A DNA stretch of 64,000 bases. Source: Macrostomum lignano. Taxonomy: Eukaryota. Below are positions 12,501-23,809 of the stretch, piece after piece. The position numbers and the translations under genes are program-made. The notes beneath the pieces are model-generated. The model had not been told where the DNA came from, made no database searches, and saw only the letters and a list, made by a program, of their open reading frames with translations. Within the stretch, counting starts at the first letter, position 1, and every line of letters starts with the position of its first letter. The stretch is taken from positions 1 through 64,000 of the forward strand of contig NIVC01000217.1 of NCBI GenBank assembly GCA_002269645.1. The letters are read 5' to 3'.

Positions 12501-14845
12501 TCCACCAGTCTCAATCTTACTCTCACCCCTCCACCAGTCTCAATCTTACTCTCACCCCTCCACCAGTCTCAATCTTACTCTCACCCTCCACCAGTCTCAA
12601 TCTTACTCTCACCCCTCCACCAGTCTCAATCTTACTCTCACCCCTCCACCAGTCTCAATCTTACTCTCACCCTCCACCAGTCTCAATCTTACTCTCACCC
12701 CTCCACCAGTCTCAATCTTACTCTCACCCCTCCACCAGTCTCAATCTTACTCTCGCCCCTCCACCAGTCTCAATCTCACTCTCACCCTCCATCAGTCTCA
12801 ATCCTACTCTCACCCCTCCACCAGTCTCAATCTTACTCTCACCCCTCCACCAGTCTCAATCTTACTCTCACCCCTCCACCAGTCTCAATCTTACTCTCAC
12901 CCCTCCACCAGTCTCAATCTTACTCTCACCCCTCCACCAGTCTCAATCTCACTCTCACCCCTCCACCAGTCTCAATCTTACTCTCACCCCTCCACCAGTC
13001 TCAATCTTACTCTCACCCCTCCACCAGTCTCAATCTTACTCTCACCCCTCCACCAGTCTCAATCTTACTCTCACCCCTCCACCAGTCTCAATCTTACTCT
13101 CACCCCTCCACCAGTCTCAATCTTACTCTCACCCCTCCACCAGTCTCAATCTTACTCTCACCCCTCCACCAGTCTCAATCTTACTCTCACCCCTCCACCA
13201 GTCTCAATCTTACTCTCACCCCTCCACCAGTCTCAATCTTACTCTCACCCCTCCACCAGTCTCAATCTTACTCTCACCCCTCCACCAGTCTCAATCTTAC
13301 TCTCACCCCTCCACCAGTCTCAATCTTACTCTCACCCCTCCACCAGTCTCAATCTTACTCTCACCCCTCCACCAGTCTCAATCTTACTCTCACCCCTCCA
13401 CCAGTCTCAATCTTACTCTCACCCCTCCACCAGTCTCAATCTTACTCTCACCCCTCCACCAGTCTCAATCTTACTCTCACCCCTCCACCAGTCTCAATCT
13501 TACTCTCACCCCTCCACCAGTCTCAATCTTACTCTCACCCCTCCACCAGTCTCAATCTTACTCTCACCCCTCCACCAGTCTCAATCTTACTCTCACCCTC
13601 CACCAGTCTCAATCTTACTCTCACCCCTCCACCAGTCTCAATCTTACTCTCACCCCTCCACCAGTCTCAATCTTACTCTCACCCCTCCACCAGTCTCAAT
13701 CTTACTCTCACCCCTCCACCAGTCTCAATCTTACTCTCACCCCTCCACCAGTCTCAATCTTACTCTCACCCCTCCACCAGTCTCAATCTTACTCTCACCC
13801 CTCCACCAGTCTCAATCTTACTCTCACCCCTCCACCAGTCTCAATCTTACTCTCACCCCTCCACCAGTCTCAATCTTACTCTCACCCCTCCACCAGTCTC
13901 AATCTTACTCTCACCCCTCCACCAGTCTCAATCTTACTCTCACCCCTCCACCAGTCTCAATCTTACTCTCACCCCTCCACCAGTCTCAATCTTACTCTCA
14001 CCCCTCCACCAGTCTCAATCTTACTCTCACCCCTCCACCAGTCTCAATCTTACTCTCACCCCTCCACCAGTCTCAATCTTACTCTCACCCCTCCACCAGT
14101 CTCAATCTCACTCTCACCCCTCCACCAGTCTCAATCTTACTCTCACCCCTCCACCAGTCTCAATCTTACTCTCACCCCTCCACCAGTCTCAATCTTACTC
14201 TCACCCCTCCACCAGTCTCAATCTTACTCTCACCCCTCCACCAGTCTCAATCTTACTCTCACCCCTCCACCAGTCTCAATCTTACTCTCACCCCTCCACC
14301 AGTCTCAATCTTACTCTCACCCCTCCACCAGTCTCAATCTTACTCTCACCCCTCCACCAGTCTCAATCTTACTCTCACCCCTCCACCAGTCTCAATCTTA
14401 CTCTCACCCCTCCACCAGTCTCAATCTTACTCTCACCCCTCCACCAGTCTCAATCTTACTCTCACCCCTCCACCAGTCTCAATCTTACTCTCACCCCTCC
14501 ACCAGTCTCAATCTTACTCTCACCCTCCACCAGTCTCAATCTTACTCTCACCCCTCCACCAGTCTCAATCTTACTCTCACCCCTCCACCAGTCTCAATCT
14601 TACTCTCACCCCTCCACCAGTCTCAATCTTACTCTCACCCCTCCACCAGTCTCAATCTTACTCTCACCCCTCCACCAGTCTCAATCTTACTCTCACCCCT
14701 CCACCAGTCTCAATCTTACTCTCACCCCTCCACCAGTCTCAATCTTACTCTCACCCCTCCACCAGTCTCAATCTTACTCTCACCCCTCCACCAGTCTCAA
14801 TCTTACTCTCACCCTCCACCAGTCTCAATCTTACTCTCACTCTAC
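9550..14845 (+). repeat. Compound minisatellite array: 24-bp, then 26-bp, then 29-bp units sharing CTCAATCT
   Basis: CTCAATCTCACCTTTTATGATCCA (~9550-10530), CTCAATCTCACCTTTTATCATCGACT (~10530-11165), CTCAATCTTACTCTCACCCCTCCACCAGT (~11168-14845). Confidence 0.97.
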
Positions 14846-15109
14846 TATAATCGCTCTCAACTCCTTTCATAGATTCACCACCCTTATCTGAAAGAGCTCC
14901 ATTGCTCAAATGCAATTTACATTTTCTAATATATACATGTACATGTATAGCAACGCCTCGAAAGAATTGGCTTTGCATTCTCTGCACATCGCTCAGTATG
15001 CTATGCAAGCAGACAAGGAAATCCTCACTAACTCTACACAATCCCCAGCTATGGAACAGCTGCCTTGTGAATTTTGATTGGCAAGATTTTCTGTTTGTCC
15101 CTCCTATAG

Positions 15110-15300
15110 GCTGCAACTAATTCTGTAATTCTTGTACTGCATCTGTGCACTGTGGGGCTGGGTTATGAGAGCGTGAAACTGCCTGGCACGCTCGAAGCTG
15201 ACTTTCTTTCCACTGGGAAAATTATTTCTACTGTTCCAACAAAAATCAAAGCTCATGTGATGGAGCAATATTTTGGTGGACAGAGATCTTCTGCTCAAGG
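15110..15300 (+). CDS. Putative internal exon of an unknown membrane-anchored protein
   Basis: Strong polypyrimidine acceptor TTTTCTGTTTGTCCCTCCTATAG|, open frame AATNSVILVLHLCTVGLGYESVKLPGTLEADFLSTG...GGQRSSAQ, donor CAAG|GTAGG (phase 1). Confidence 0.45.
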
Positions 15301-15324
15301 TAGGATATTGCATCTTTTCGCTGT

Positions 15325-16370
15325 TCTAGGTGTCTCAATTTCCCTGTGTTCCCTGTTTGCCCAAGTGTCTCAATTTCCCTGCGTTCCCTGTTCGCCCAGG
15401 TGTCTCAATTCCCCTGCGTTCCCTGTTTGCCCAGGTGTCTCAATTCCCCTGTGTTCCCTGTTTGCCCAGGTGTCTCGATTCCCTTGTGTTCCCTGTTTGC
15501 CCAGGTGTCTCGATTCCCTTGTGTACCCTGTTTGCCCAGGTTTCTCGATTCCCTTGTGTTCCCTGTTTGCCCAGGTGTCTCGATTCCCTTGTGTTCCCTG
15601 TTTGCCCAGTTGTCTCAATTCCCCTGTGTTCCCTGTTTGCCCAGTTGTCTCAATTCCCCTGTGTTCCCTGTTTGCCCAGTTGTCTCAATTCCCCTGTGTT
15701 CCCTGTTTGCCCAGGTGTCTCAATTCCCTTGTGTTCCCTGTTTGCCCAGGTGTCTCGATTCCCCTGTTTTCCCTGTTTGCTCAGTTGTCTCAATTCCCCT
15801 GTGTTCCCTGTTTGCCCAGGTGTCTCAATTCCCTTGTGTTCCCTGTTTGCCCAGGTGTCTCGATTCCCCTGTTTTCCCTGTTTGCTCAGGTGTCTCAATT
15901 CCCCTGTGTTCCCTGTTTGCCCAGGTGTCTCAATTCCCCTGTGTTCCCTGTTTGCCCAGGTGTCTCAATTCCCCTGTTTTTCCTGTTTGCTCAGGTGTCT
16001 CAATTCCCTTGTGTTCCCTTTTCGCCCAGGTGTCTCAATTCCCCTGTGTTCCCTTTTTGGCCACCAGGTGTCTCAATTCCCCTGTATTCCCTGTTTGCCC
16101 AGGTGTCTCAATTCCCCTGTTTTCCCTGTTTGCTCAGGTGTCTCCAATCCCTTGTGTTCCCTTTTCGCCCAGGTGTCTCAATTCCCTTGTGTTTCCCTGT
16201 TTCCCAGGTGTCTCAATTCCCCTGTTTGCCCAGGTGTCTTCGATTCCCTGTCTTTCTCAGTTCGCCGCGATGTCTCAATTCTCCTGTGTTCCCTGTTTGC
16301 CCAGGTGTCTCAATTCCCTTGTGTTCTCTGTTTGGCCCCCAGGTGTCTAAATTCCCCCAGTGTTCCCTGT
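15325..16370 (+). repeat. 35-bp minisatellite (CCAGGTGTCTCAATTCCCCTGTGTTCCCTGTTTGC)
   Basis: About 29 tandem units filling the putative intron. Confidence 0.95.
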
Positions 16371-16415
16371 TCTCCCATGCAGGTGTTTAAACCCCCCTCA
16401 CGTGCTGTCAAGCAG

Positions 16416-16534
16416 GTGCCGCCAGCAATCAGGCCCACAGTGAGGCAGTTCTCGCCCTGTGGACCATCCCGATGGGGGCAGCTGTGGTTCTGTTTGTAGC
16501 CACCGCATGCGCTGCATTGGTGCTAATCTGGTGA
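16416..16534 (+). CDS. Putative exon encoding a hydrophobic TM/GPI-signal-like C-terminus
   Basis: Phase-compatible with the 15110-15300 exon; GAASNQAHSEAVLALWTIPMGAAVVLFVATACAALVLIW then TGA, which overlaps a GTGAGT donor-like site. Confidence 0.4.
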
Positions 16535-17178
16535 GTGCAATTCATATGCTATACTGTCTACTTACTGGCAGTTATAAGTAGACTAGTGTGCATGTTAGTT
16601 GAATAAAGGTAAACACAATATAATATTTTCGTGTTTTTAAGTAGAATATTTTCATTGCCGTACTCAGTGCCTCGCGAAATATTATCGATGCGTTTTCAGA
16701 GTCGTTATGTATGAAGTCTATAGTCAGGTCTACTTAAATATACTCACTTTTATGTTTGAATTCACCTGATCTACTTCCTGATTGTGTACTGTGGTGGTGC
16801 CAGGCCTCCTTGCTCAGTCCAGACCACCACTTCTAGACTGCTCTGCAAGCTTTAGCTAGCAAAATTAATTTTGCGCTTTGGGGGCAGGCTTGTAGCGGAT
16901 TTGCTTTTGTCTTTTGGTCTCAGATTGCACCGGAAATTTAATGCAAGAGTGAACAGGGGAGCGGAACTGGTCTCTCTGTGATTGCTTGGGTTCAATCACA
17001 GTGAGAAGGGAGAGTAGAGAGGTGGGGGGGAGAGGGTAGAGAGGTGGAGAGAGGGAGAGTAGAGGGTGGAGAAAGGGAGAGTTAGGGGTGCGGACAGAGA
17101 TAGTGGAGGGTGGGGAAAGGGATAGTAGAGGGATCGAGAGAATGAGAGTAGAGGGTGGAGAGAGGGAGAGTAGAGTCG

Positions 17179-17357
<179 letters not shown>

Positions 17358-17732
17358 CACTACACTACTGAAATGGCGTAGACACTGTAGAGAACAGTAT
17401 CGAGAAATTTGCTCAAAACAAAATCGGCAACAGGCACAGTGAAAGCAAAATAATCTGCAAAGCATGATTTCCCAAAGGCCAAAGCAGTTTCGCGGGGAAG
17501 CTTTGGCAGATTTTCAATTCAATTTGCGTTGCTATTATTAGAAATGGTGATTTGAGTGAGACTCAGCCCGAATATTGCTACTCAGCGGCGGGACGACAGG
17601 AAATGAGGGGCATTCAGACTCGAACCTCCGTGCCCTGGCAGTCTCGCTTGGGAGGGATTTGAAAATCATTTATCACGGAGCAGCTGCCGCCCCGCCCATA
17701 GCGGAATCCCGTAATTATCTCAGGGCCCGGAC

Positions 17733-17775
17733 CAAGGACCACTAGAAGTTACCGAGTAACTTCTAGTGGTCCTTG
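17733..17775. mobile_element. 43-bp palindromic micro-MITE with 8-bp TSD (P- or hAT-like)
   Basis: Perfect 20-bp inverted repeat CAAGGACCACTAGAAGTTAC / GTAACTTCTAGTGGTCCTTG around a 3-nt loop (CGA); GCCCGGAC on both sides (17725-17732 and 17776-17783). Confidence 0.8.
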
Positions 17776-17844
17776 GCCCGGACCTTGTAGCAATCTTAGT
17801 AAAGCATATATTTAGCTGTGTGTATAATTTTGATCCCTGTTCCT

Positions 17845-18135
17845 TCAGGTGTCTCAATTCCCATGTGTTCCCTGTTCGCCCAGGTGTCTCAATTCCCCTG
17901 CGTTCCCTATTCGCCCAGGTGTCTCAATTCCCCTGTGTTCCCTGTTCGCCCAGGTGTCTCCATTCCCCTGCGTTCCCTGTTCGCCCAGGTGTCTCAATTC
18001 CCCTGTGTTCCCTGTTCGCCCAGGTGTCTCAATTCCCCTGCGTTCCCTGTTCGCCCAGGTGTCTTAATTCCCCTGTGTTCCCTGTTCGCCCAGGTGTCTC
18101 CATTCCCCTGCGTTCCCTATTCGCCCAGGTGTCTC
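17845..18135 (+). repeat. Second array of the 35-bp minisatellite family
   Basis: About 8 units of CCAGGTGTCTCAATTCCCCTG(T/C)GTTCCCTGTTCGC. Confidence 0.95.
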
Positions 18136-18727
18136 ATTTCTTAATTCAATTTTCCACTTTTCATTTCACCAATACCCCCAGATACCCCTGTCCGTCCTCC
18201 CCTTATCCCCACCCAAGTGTCCAATAATTTCCCAGGGTGTCCGAAACCCCACAACCGGACATCCTTCCGCTGTTTTAATGCCAGAATTGCGCTTGAAAGT
18301 CTTCTGTTATTGTCCAGAATTCAATATTGTCTAAATAATTGATTTCACAGCCGGGACATTGTGCGATCGGCCTGCTCCAGTCGAACCGGAGAGCGCAGCG
18401 GCACTGCAATTAATTATTCGAAGAGTCTGAAGCCGCTCACAAACACCTGAACCGATCTTGACTCGAAACTGATCTAACTAAATTATTTTGGATTCTGAAG
18501 TCGCTCGTATTTTACATTTAATTACATTTACATTTCTGATTAGGTTTGATTTTTTGTTAATTATGCCACCTGTTCACACCCAGGTGTTTCTCCAGGCCCA
18601 ATATTTGACTGCTCTCCCGATCCTCCCTAGGGGCAGTTTTATAACCATCAACTTCAATTTTTTGTAATAAAATTATCTTGTTACGTTTATGCTGCGCAGC
18701 TCAAATTAACTGGTACCTGTCCCACAA

Positions 18728-18930
18728 GTTCGATAATCCTCGATTATCCACAAGCTCGATAATCCACAAGCTCGATAATCCACAAGCTCGATAATCCACA
18801 AGCTCGATAATCCACAGGCTCGATAATCCACAAGCTCGATAATCCAAAAGCTCGATAATCCACAAGCTCGATAATCCACAAGCTCGATAATCCACAAGCT
18901 CGATAATCCACAATATTGATAATCCACAAG
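18728..18930 (+). repeat. 16-bp minisatellite (GCTCGATAATCCACAA)
   Basis: About 12 tandem units. Confidence 0.95.
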
Positions 18931-19472
18931 TTGCATAGTTGGAAGCTTCACAAGCCTAAAATCTTCACTTCACAAGCTTAATAATTTATGAGCTCGGAAC
19001 TGCACAATGTCAAACCGTTTGCCTCTGCTTGCTAACTTAGCAAGAGCTTATGAAGTCCAAGTGTGTTAAGTCCAAAAGCAAGATACTACATGTAAATGGA
19101 GGATACGAGGTGCAGAGGGGGAAAGAGAGAATGACAAACAGTGACGCTGTTCATCACTAAAATCCGTACTTTTTTAACAAAACGCTGCTGGAAGGATGAT
19201 GACGGAGCCATTATCTCCATAGATCTGGCAGCTGTCCCATGAGATGGTTTGGGGCAAACAAAAGATTAATAAAGACACAAAATTTTGCTTTTCACTCCGA
19301 CAATTTTTTTTGTTATAACGAAGACAAACGAGATGCACAGCACAGCGGAGTAGCTGGGACATGGTTGGTGTCTGTTAGCATATGCATTTATTTAATAAAT
19401 AACGAGTTTTGTTTAAACAACCGATAATACACAGACTTACAGACAATGAACTTCAAGTGTTGGGTTTACGGC

Positions 19473-19899
19473 CAGGGGTCCCCAACCTGCGGCCCGCGGG
19501 CCGCATGTGGCCCGCGAGCCCTTTTTTTTTGGCCCGCGGCACCTTCCAGTAGTTTGCATTACATGCGGCCCGCCAAGTCTATCACTGGATTTCACTGCGG
19601 CCCCCGAAAATGTTAAAATTTTCCTAGCTGTATTGAAAATATTCTCAGAAATCTCTTACCCTCCCCACTGCTAGAAGCGACGCTTCAATTCATTTGGATT
19701 GCTATTTTAGCCACTCCTAGCGCACAAATGTACACGCAGTCAAGAGTTGAAGTGAAAAGTAGGAAGGAATGCTAGCTAATATCAATATGGTTCAAGGCAA
19801 AGGTGATGGGCCGTTATGTTTGTGTATTAGCATGCGGCCCACACACCCTAAGCCAGTTGTTAATGCGGCCCGCCGCCCGTAGAAGGTTGGGGACCCCTG
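19473..19899. mobile_element. Non-autonomous hAT (Charlie/Tip100-like) MITE
   Basis: TIRs CAGGGGTCCCCAACCT / AGGTTGGGGACCCCTG, subterminal GCGGCCCGC motifs, 8-bp TSD GTTTACGG (19464-19471 and 19900-19907, with one extra C on the left). Confidence 0.9.
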
Positions 19900-21417
19900 G
19901 TTTACGGTTTACACAGGTAACGCATATATATTATTTTGTACACTATATATCAATATATAATGTGATTTGCACAAATTAGGCCACCAAAGACACAAAAAAC
20001 ATTGACATCGCGAGTTAAACGCATTGGTTATATAATTTTGAATTCCAGTTTTTGGAATAATTAATTAATTAACAACACCGACCGTTTGCATGGCAAAACT
20101 GTGGAATTGATAAAACTGAATCTAATTGAATATTTTCTGGGATTAACTCTGTGAGCGCAGGTAAGTAGCTAAAGGGCGGGCGTGGCCAAGAGGAACACCA
20201 AGGGGGCCCTCTTCTGAAGCAAGGCAATGTCTTTTTGCACCTGAGCGAACGGCTCCCCTCTGTTCGGTCTGCAATCAGTGCGCTTGCACCCGAACGCACT
20301 CCCTAGATCTCCCGGGGAACTCTGGGTCAGAGAGGAAGGCAGTTACATTAGTATTAGATTTGTTGCTATCGAAAAATATAGCTAAAATTGGTCTGGTTAT
20401 CACAGGACGAGACGTCAAATAAAAAATGAAAATTTAAGCGCGCTGTAAAACACTGAGAGACACGCAGGATAAACAGGGGGTTGCAGCTCTCTACTATCGA
20501 GTTAAAAATGTTTTGAAAATTGGAGAAGAAAAAACATTTAGCAAAAATAGCGACTTTTTTATCGAGTAATTTCTATAAATAATATTCACAGGCGGACAGG
20601 TGTGAGTTCGGTTTGATTATATCGGGTAGAGGAGTAGACAAAAAGGTAGACAGAAGACTCACTGGCAGGTTTATCACAAATATAACATAGCGATATCTCT
20701 GGGTTAAACAGGAATCTAAATTACCATAGACAGAAAAACAATTAATATAATGCTTTGGAGAGATTTGACACACGAAGCACAACATGTGAGAAAGTTATGA
20801 GTATACAAAGCAGATTTCCACACTGCAAGCAGATCCAGAAACTGCACAAATTATTTGAACCGGTCTTTTTGTTGAGAATGACAACTGATTAATCATTGGC
20901 TAAGCTATCGGTATACAATGCTCACGTATTAACAACAATTAATAATAAATATATCAATCTATTGCCGATCAAAACAGCAATCAAATAAGGTGAAAAAACA
21001 CCTGAAAATCGAACTCTCTACATCGGCAGAATTACCCTGGTATTCGCGTAAACTTTCTCTGCTTTTTGTTAATTTTTGTTAAAAAATGCGGAAAAACGAT
21101 GGCATATAGGAGCTAAAGAAGTGCACATCACGGATACCACGACGCGTTTTAATTTTTTTTTGTTTTGACAGGCAAAATTTCAATATAGTCCTGTAGATAA
21201 TTAGAGGAGAAAATAATTGCATGACAGAAACACGACAGCCGCTGCACAGGCCCGCGAGAGACCCGCAGCTCAATTTTGCAGATGAGGCGCATGCTCAGCA
21301 GATTTTAAATTAAAATACCATGCGAAATTCCGAACGCGACTGGCAATTTCAGCCACATGGAAGCGGTTCTAAATCAAGTTCGTTCGATTCTTTCTGCTGC
21401 TAGTAGATCCGATTCAG

Positions 21418-22823
21418 TCAGTCACTGCTACCGCTGTCGCTAGTGACTGTGATGGCTGGCAGTTGCTGTTGCTGTGTCTGAATCTGCACCTGCTTCTGCG
21501 GCTGCGGAAATTCCATGAGGAACTCCACCGCGGAAAAGACATTTGAGGACTGCTGACTTTCGGAGCCGCCGCCGCTGCTGCAGCCGCTGCTGACCGACTC
21601 TGACAGGCTCAGCGCCGGTATGGCAAAGTATGACGACTGCGGCATCATCGCCTGTTGTTGTTGCTGCTGCTGAAGCCTCGGATCGCCTCCGGTTGACAGA
21701 AAATGACCGGCCGGGAGGGCGGAAGAATGTCCCTGGCTGGTGGACAAGATGCAGCTGTAGAACCGGCCGGTGCCGTCGCTGTACACGGGCGTGCCGTAGT
21801 AGTCGGCTGCACCAACGTCGGCTGCGGCTGCGGCTGCCGCGGCGGCTGCAGCGTGCGGCGATCCAACTGGAGTCAGGTGGGTTGGAAAGTACTGCGTACC
21901 GTAGAACACCTGGTCGAGCACCCAGTCTGTGGAGTTGAACGGTTCCAAAGCGATCACGTGATTTCTGGCCTCGATGTCGATGTAAATCTCGCCGATCATG
22001 TCGGAGATGAGGTACAGAGTGGATCGGCGCTCCTGCTGCATAAGACAGACTGTTGAGCTCTTCACAACCTGGTGGAGGATCTGCAGGTAGTGCACCCGCT
22101 GCTCCAGGTCCCTGTCAGATGGAAAGTGCGCCGCCAGGTACGACTCCATCTTGGCGCGCTGTTTCTTCAAGTCCGGAAAGTCGATGAAGAATCTGGAGCA
22201 CATGTACTTCTCCAGATTGACAACGTCGACACCCTGGGCGGGCAGGAAGCCGTCCACCAGCAGTTTGCAGTACTTCAGCAGGCCGCCACCGCGAATCTCC
22301 TCCGGATTTCTCGTGCTGATCTCCTTCTTCATGAGGTGGCCGTAGGCTTCCACGAAGCTGCCGCTCACGGATTCGGCAATGACGGTGGGGTAGAAGTGCT
22401 CGCTGATTGCTGGTGGCTCCTCGGACTTCACGCTGTAGAAGGTGCACAGCGAGTCCAGGATGATCTGGAAGCTGTCCACCGTGAACTCGAACTTGCGACG
22501 CATCTTGTCGACGAATTTCAACTCGACGGTGAGGCCCTCGGGCTGGCTGGAGTTGGCGTAGCCCAGGCTGATCAGCGACCAGCTGTCTGTGCTCTGAATG
22601 CGCACCAGCTTCCTCACGTAGCCCTCCATCATGTTGGAGTCTGAGCGGCCCCAGGCTGGGCCGGAGCAGTGCCGGCGCTTCAGGATTTCCTCGGAGCCGC
22701 TGGGGAGAAACGAATGAAGACAGTCCAGCACGGACAGTTTGATTCTGTCCACGGTGTCCGGAGCGCTGAGGTCAACGCCGAACAGAAGGTCCAAGTCGTT
22801 GTAGGACTGGGCCGAGTTCATGC
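21418..22823 (-). CDS. TENT5: TENT5/FAM46 terminal nucleotidyltransferase, exon 2
   Basis: DLDLLF (DxD), WSLISL, VELKFVDKMRRKFEFTVDSFQI, EEIRGGGLLKY, YMCSRFFIDF, STVCLM are hallmark FAM46 motifs; acceptor CCTTTCCACCTGCGCAG| is phase-compatible with exon 1. Confidence 0.97.
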
Positions 22824-23809
22824 CTGCGCAGGTGGAAAGGTGCAGACAGTACTGTGAGCTGTGCTCAATTAAGCATCACTATTACTAGGAGAGTAGAGGG
22901 GTGGGGAGAGAGGGTAGAGAAGTAGAGAGGGAGAGTGGAGGAGTGAGCAGAAAGAGTAGAAGGGTGTGGAGGGAGAGTAGAGGGTACGGAGAGGGAGAGT
23001 AGAGGAGTAAGGAGAAAAAGTTGAGTGATGTGGAGGAAGAGTAGATGGTAGGGAGACAGATTAGATGGAGAGAAGAGGGAGAGATTAGAGTGGGAGGTAG
23101 ACACTGTAAAGATAAGGAAAGATCTATAAAGAGAAATTCGCTCAAAGCAATTTCAGCAACAGACACACTTAAACTCAAATGGGCTCAAAGTTTAGGTAGC
23201 ATATAGATCTAACAAATTTTTGCCAGATTTTCAATATTCTCAATTCATTTTGCAACACTGAATATTAAAAACAGGAAAGAAAATGCAGACTGGGGCCGGT
23301 CTGCAGTTTTGTGTTGAACTATAGCATAATCTCAAATCTGAAAATTTATTTTATAGTTTTATCTCGAGTTGTATTTTTTTATCCATGCGGATATGAACTG
23401 CCGGCTATTTATTACCAAAAAACTTCTAGTTGGGGGGGGCGCATTTAGCCAGCACCTCGCCCAGTTAGAAGTATGAAGTGAGTGCACTTTTTGGCTGAGA
23501 CTAAACTGTGAGCCCAAAAATTGACTTCAACCCACCCCAGCCCCATATCTAAATATAGCCATTGCTAAACCCTGCTCCTATAGTAGAAGCAGGCGAATGC
23601 ATGAATGGACGCTCTCAGTTACCAACTGTACAGGGCAGGGTTGCGCTTGCAAACCATGAGTATTGATTAATCCCTGAATTGGATCAGTGCATAGTGGGGG
23701 TGCTTTTAGTCTCGAAACCTGAGTAGGAAATGCGAAAAAGGAGTAAGGGCTTTGCCTGAGTGCTTTGCCGTGTCACAAGATCCTGCTCTGAGTACCGTGC
23801 GTACACCCT

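Noticed and set aside
11909-14872. 987-aa ORF
   Set aside because: Translation of the 29-bp tandem repeat; no unique sequence or domain.
15152-16499. Cys-rich 330-410-aa ORFs (metallothionein- or keratin-associated-like)
   Set aside because: Derived from the 35-bp repeat and open in three frames; only the 15110-15300 part looks like a real exon.
21630-22857. Several plus-strand ORFs of 60-190 aa
   Set aside because: Antisense to TENT5 exon 2; expected in GC-rich coding DNA.
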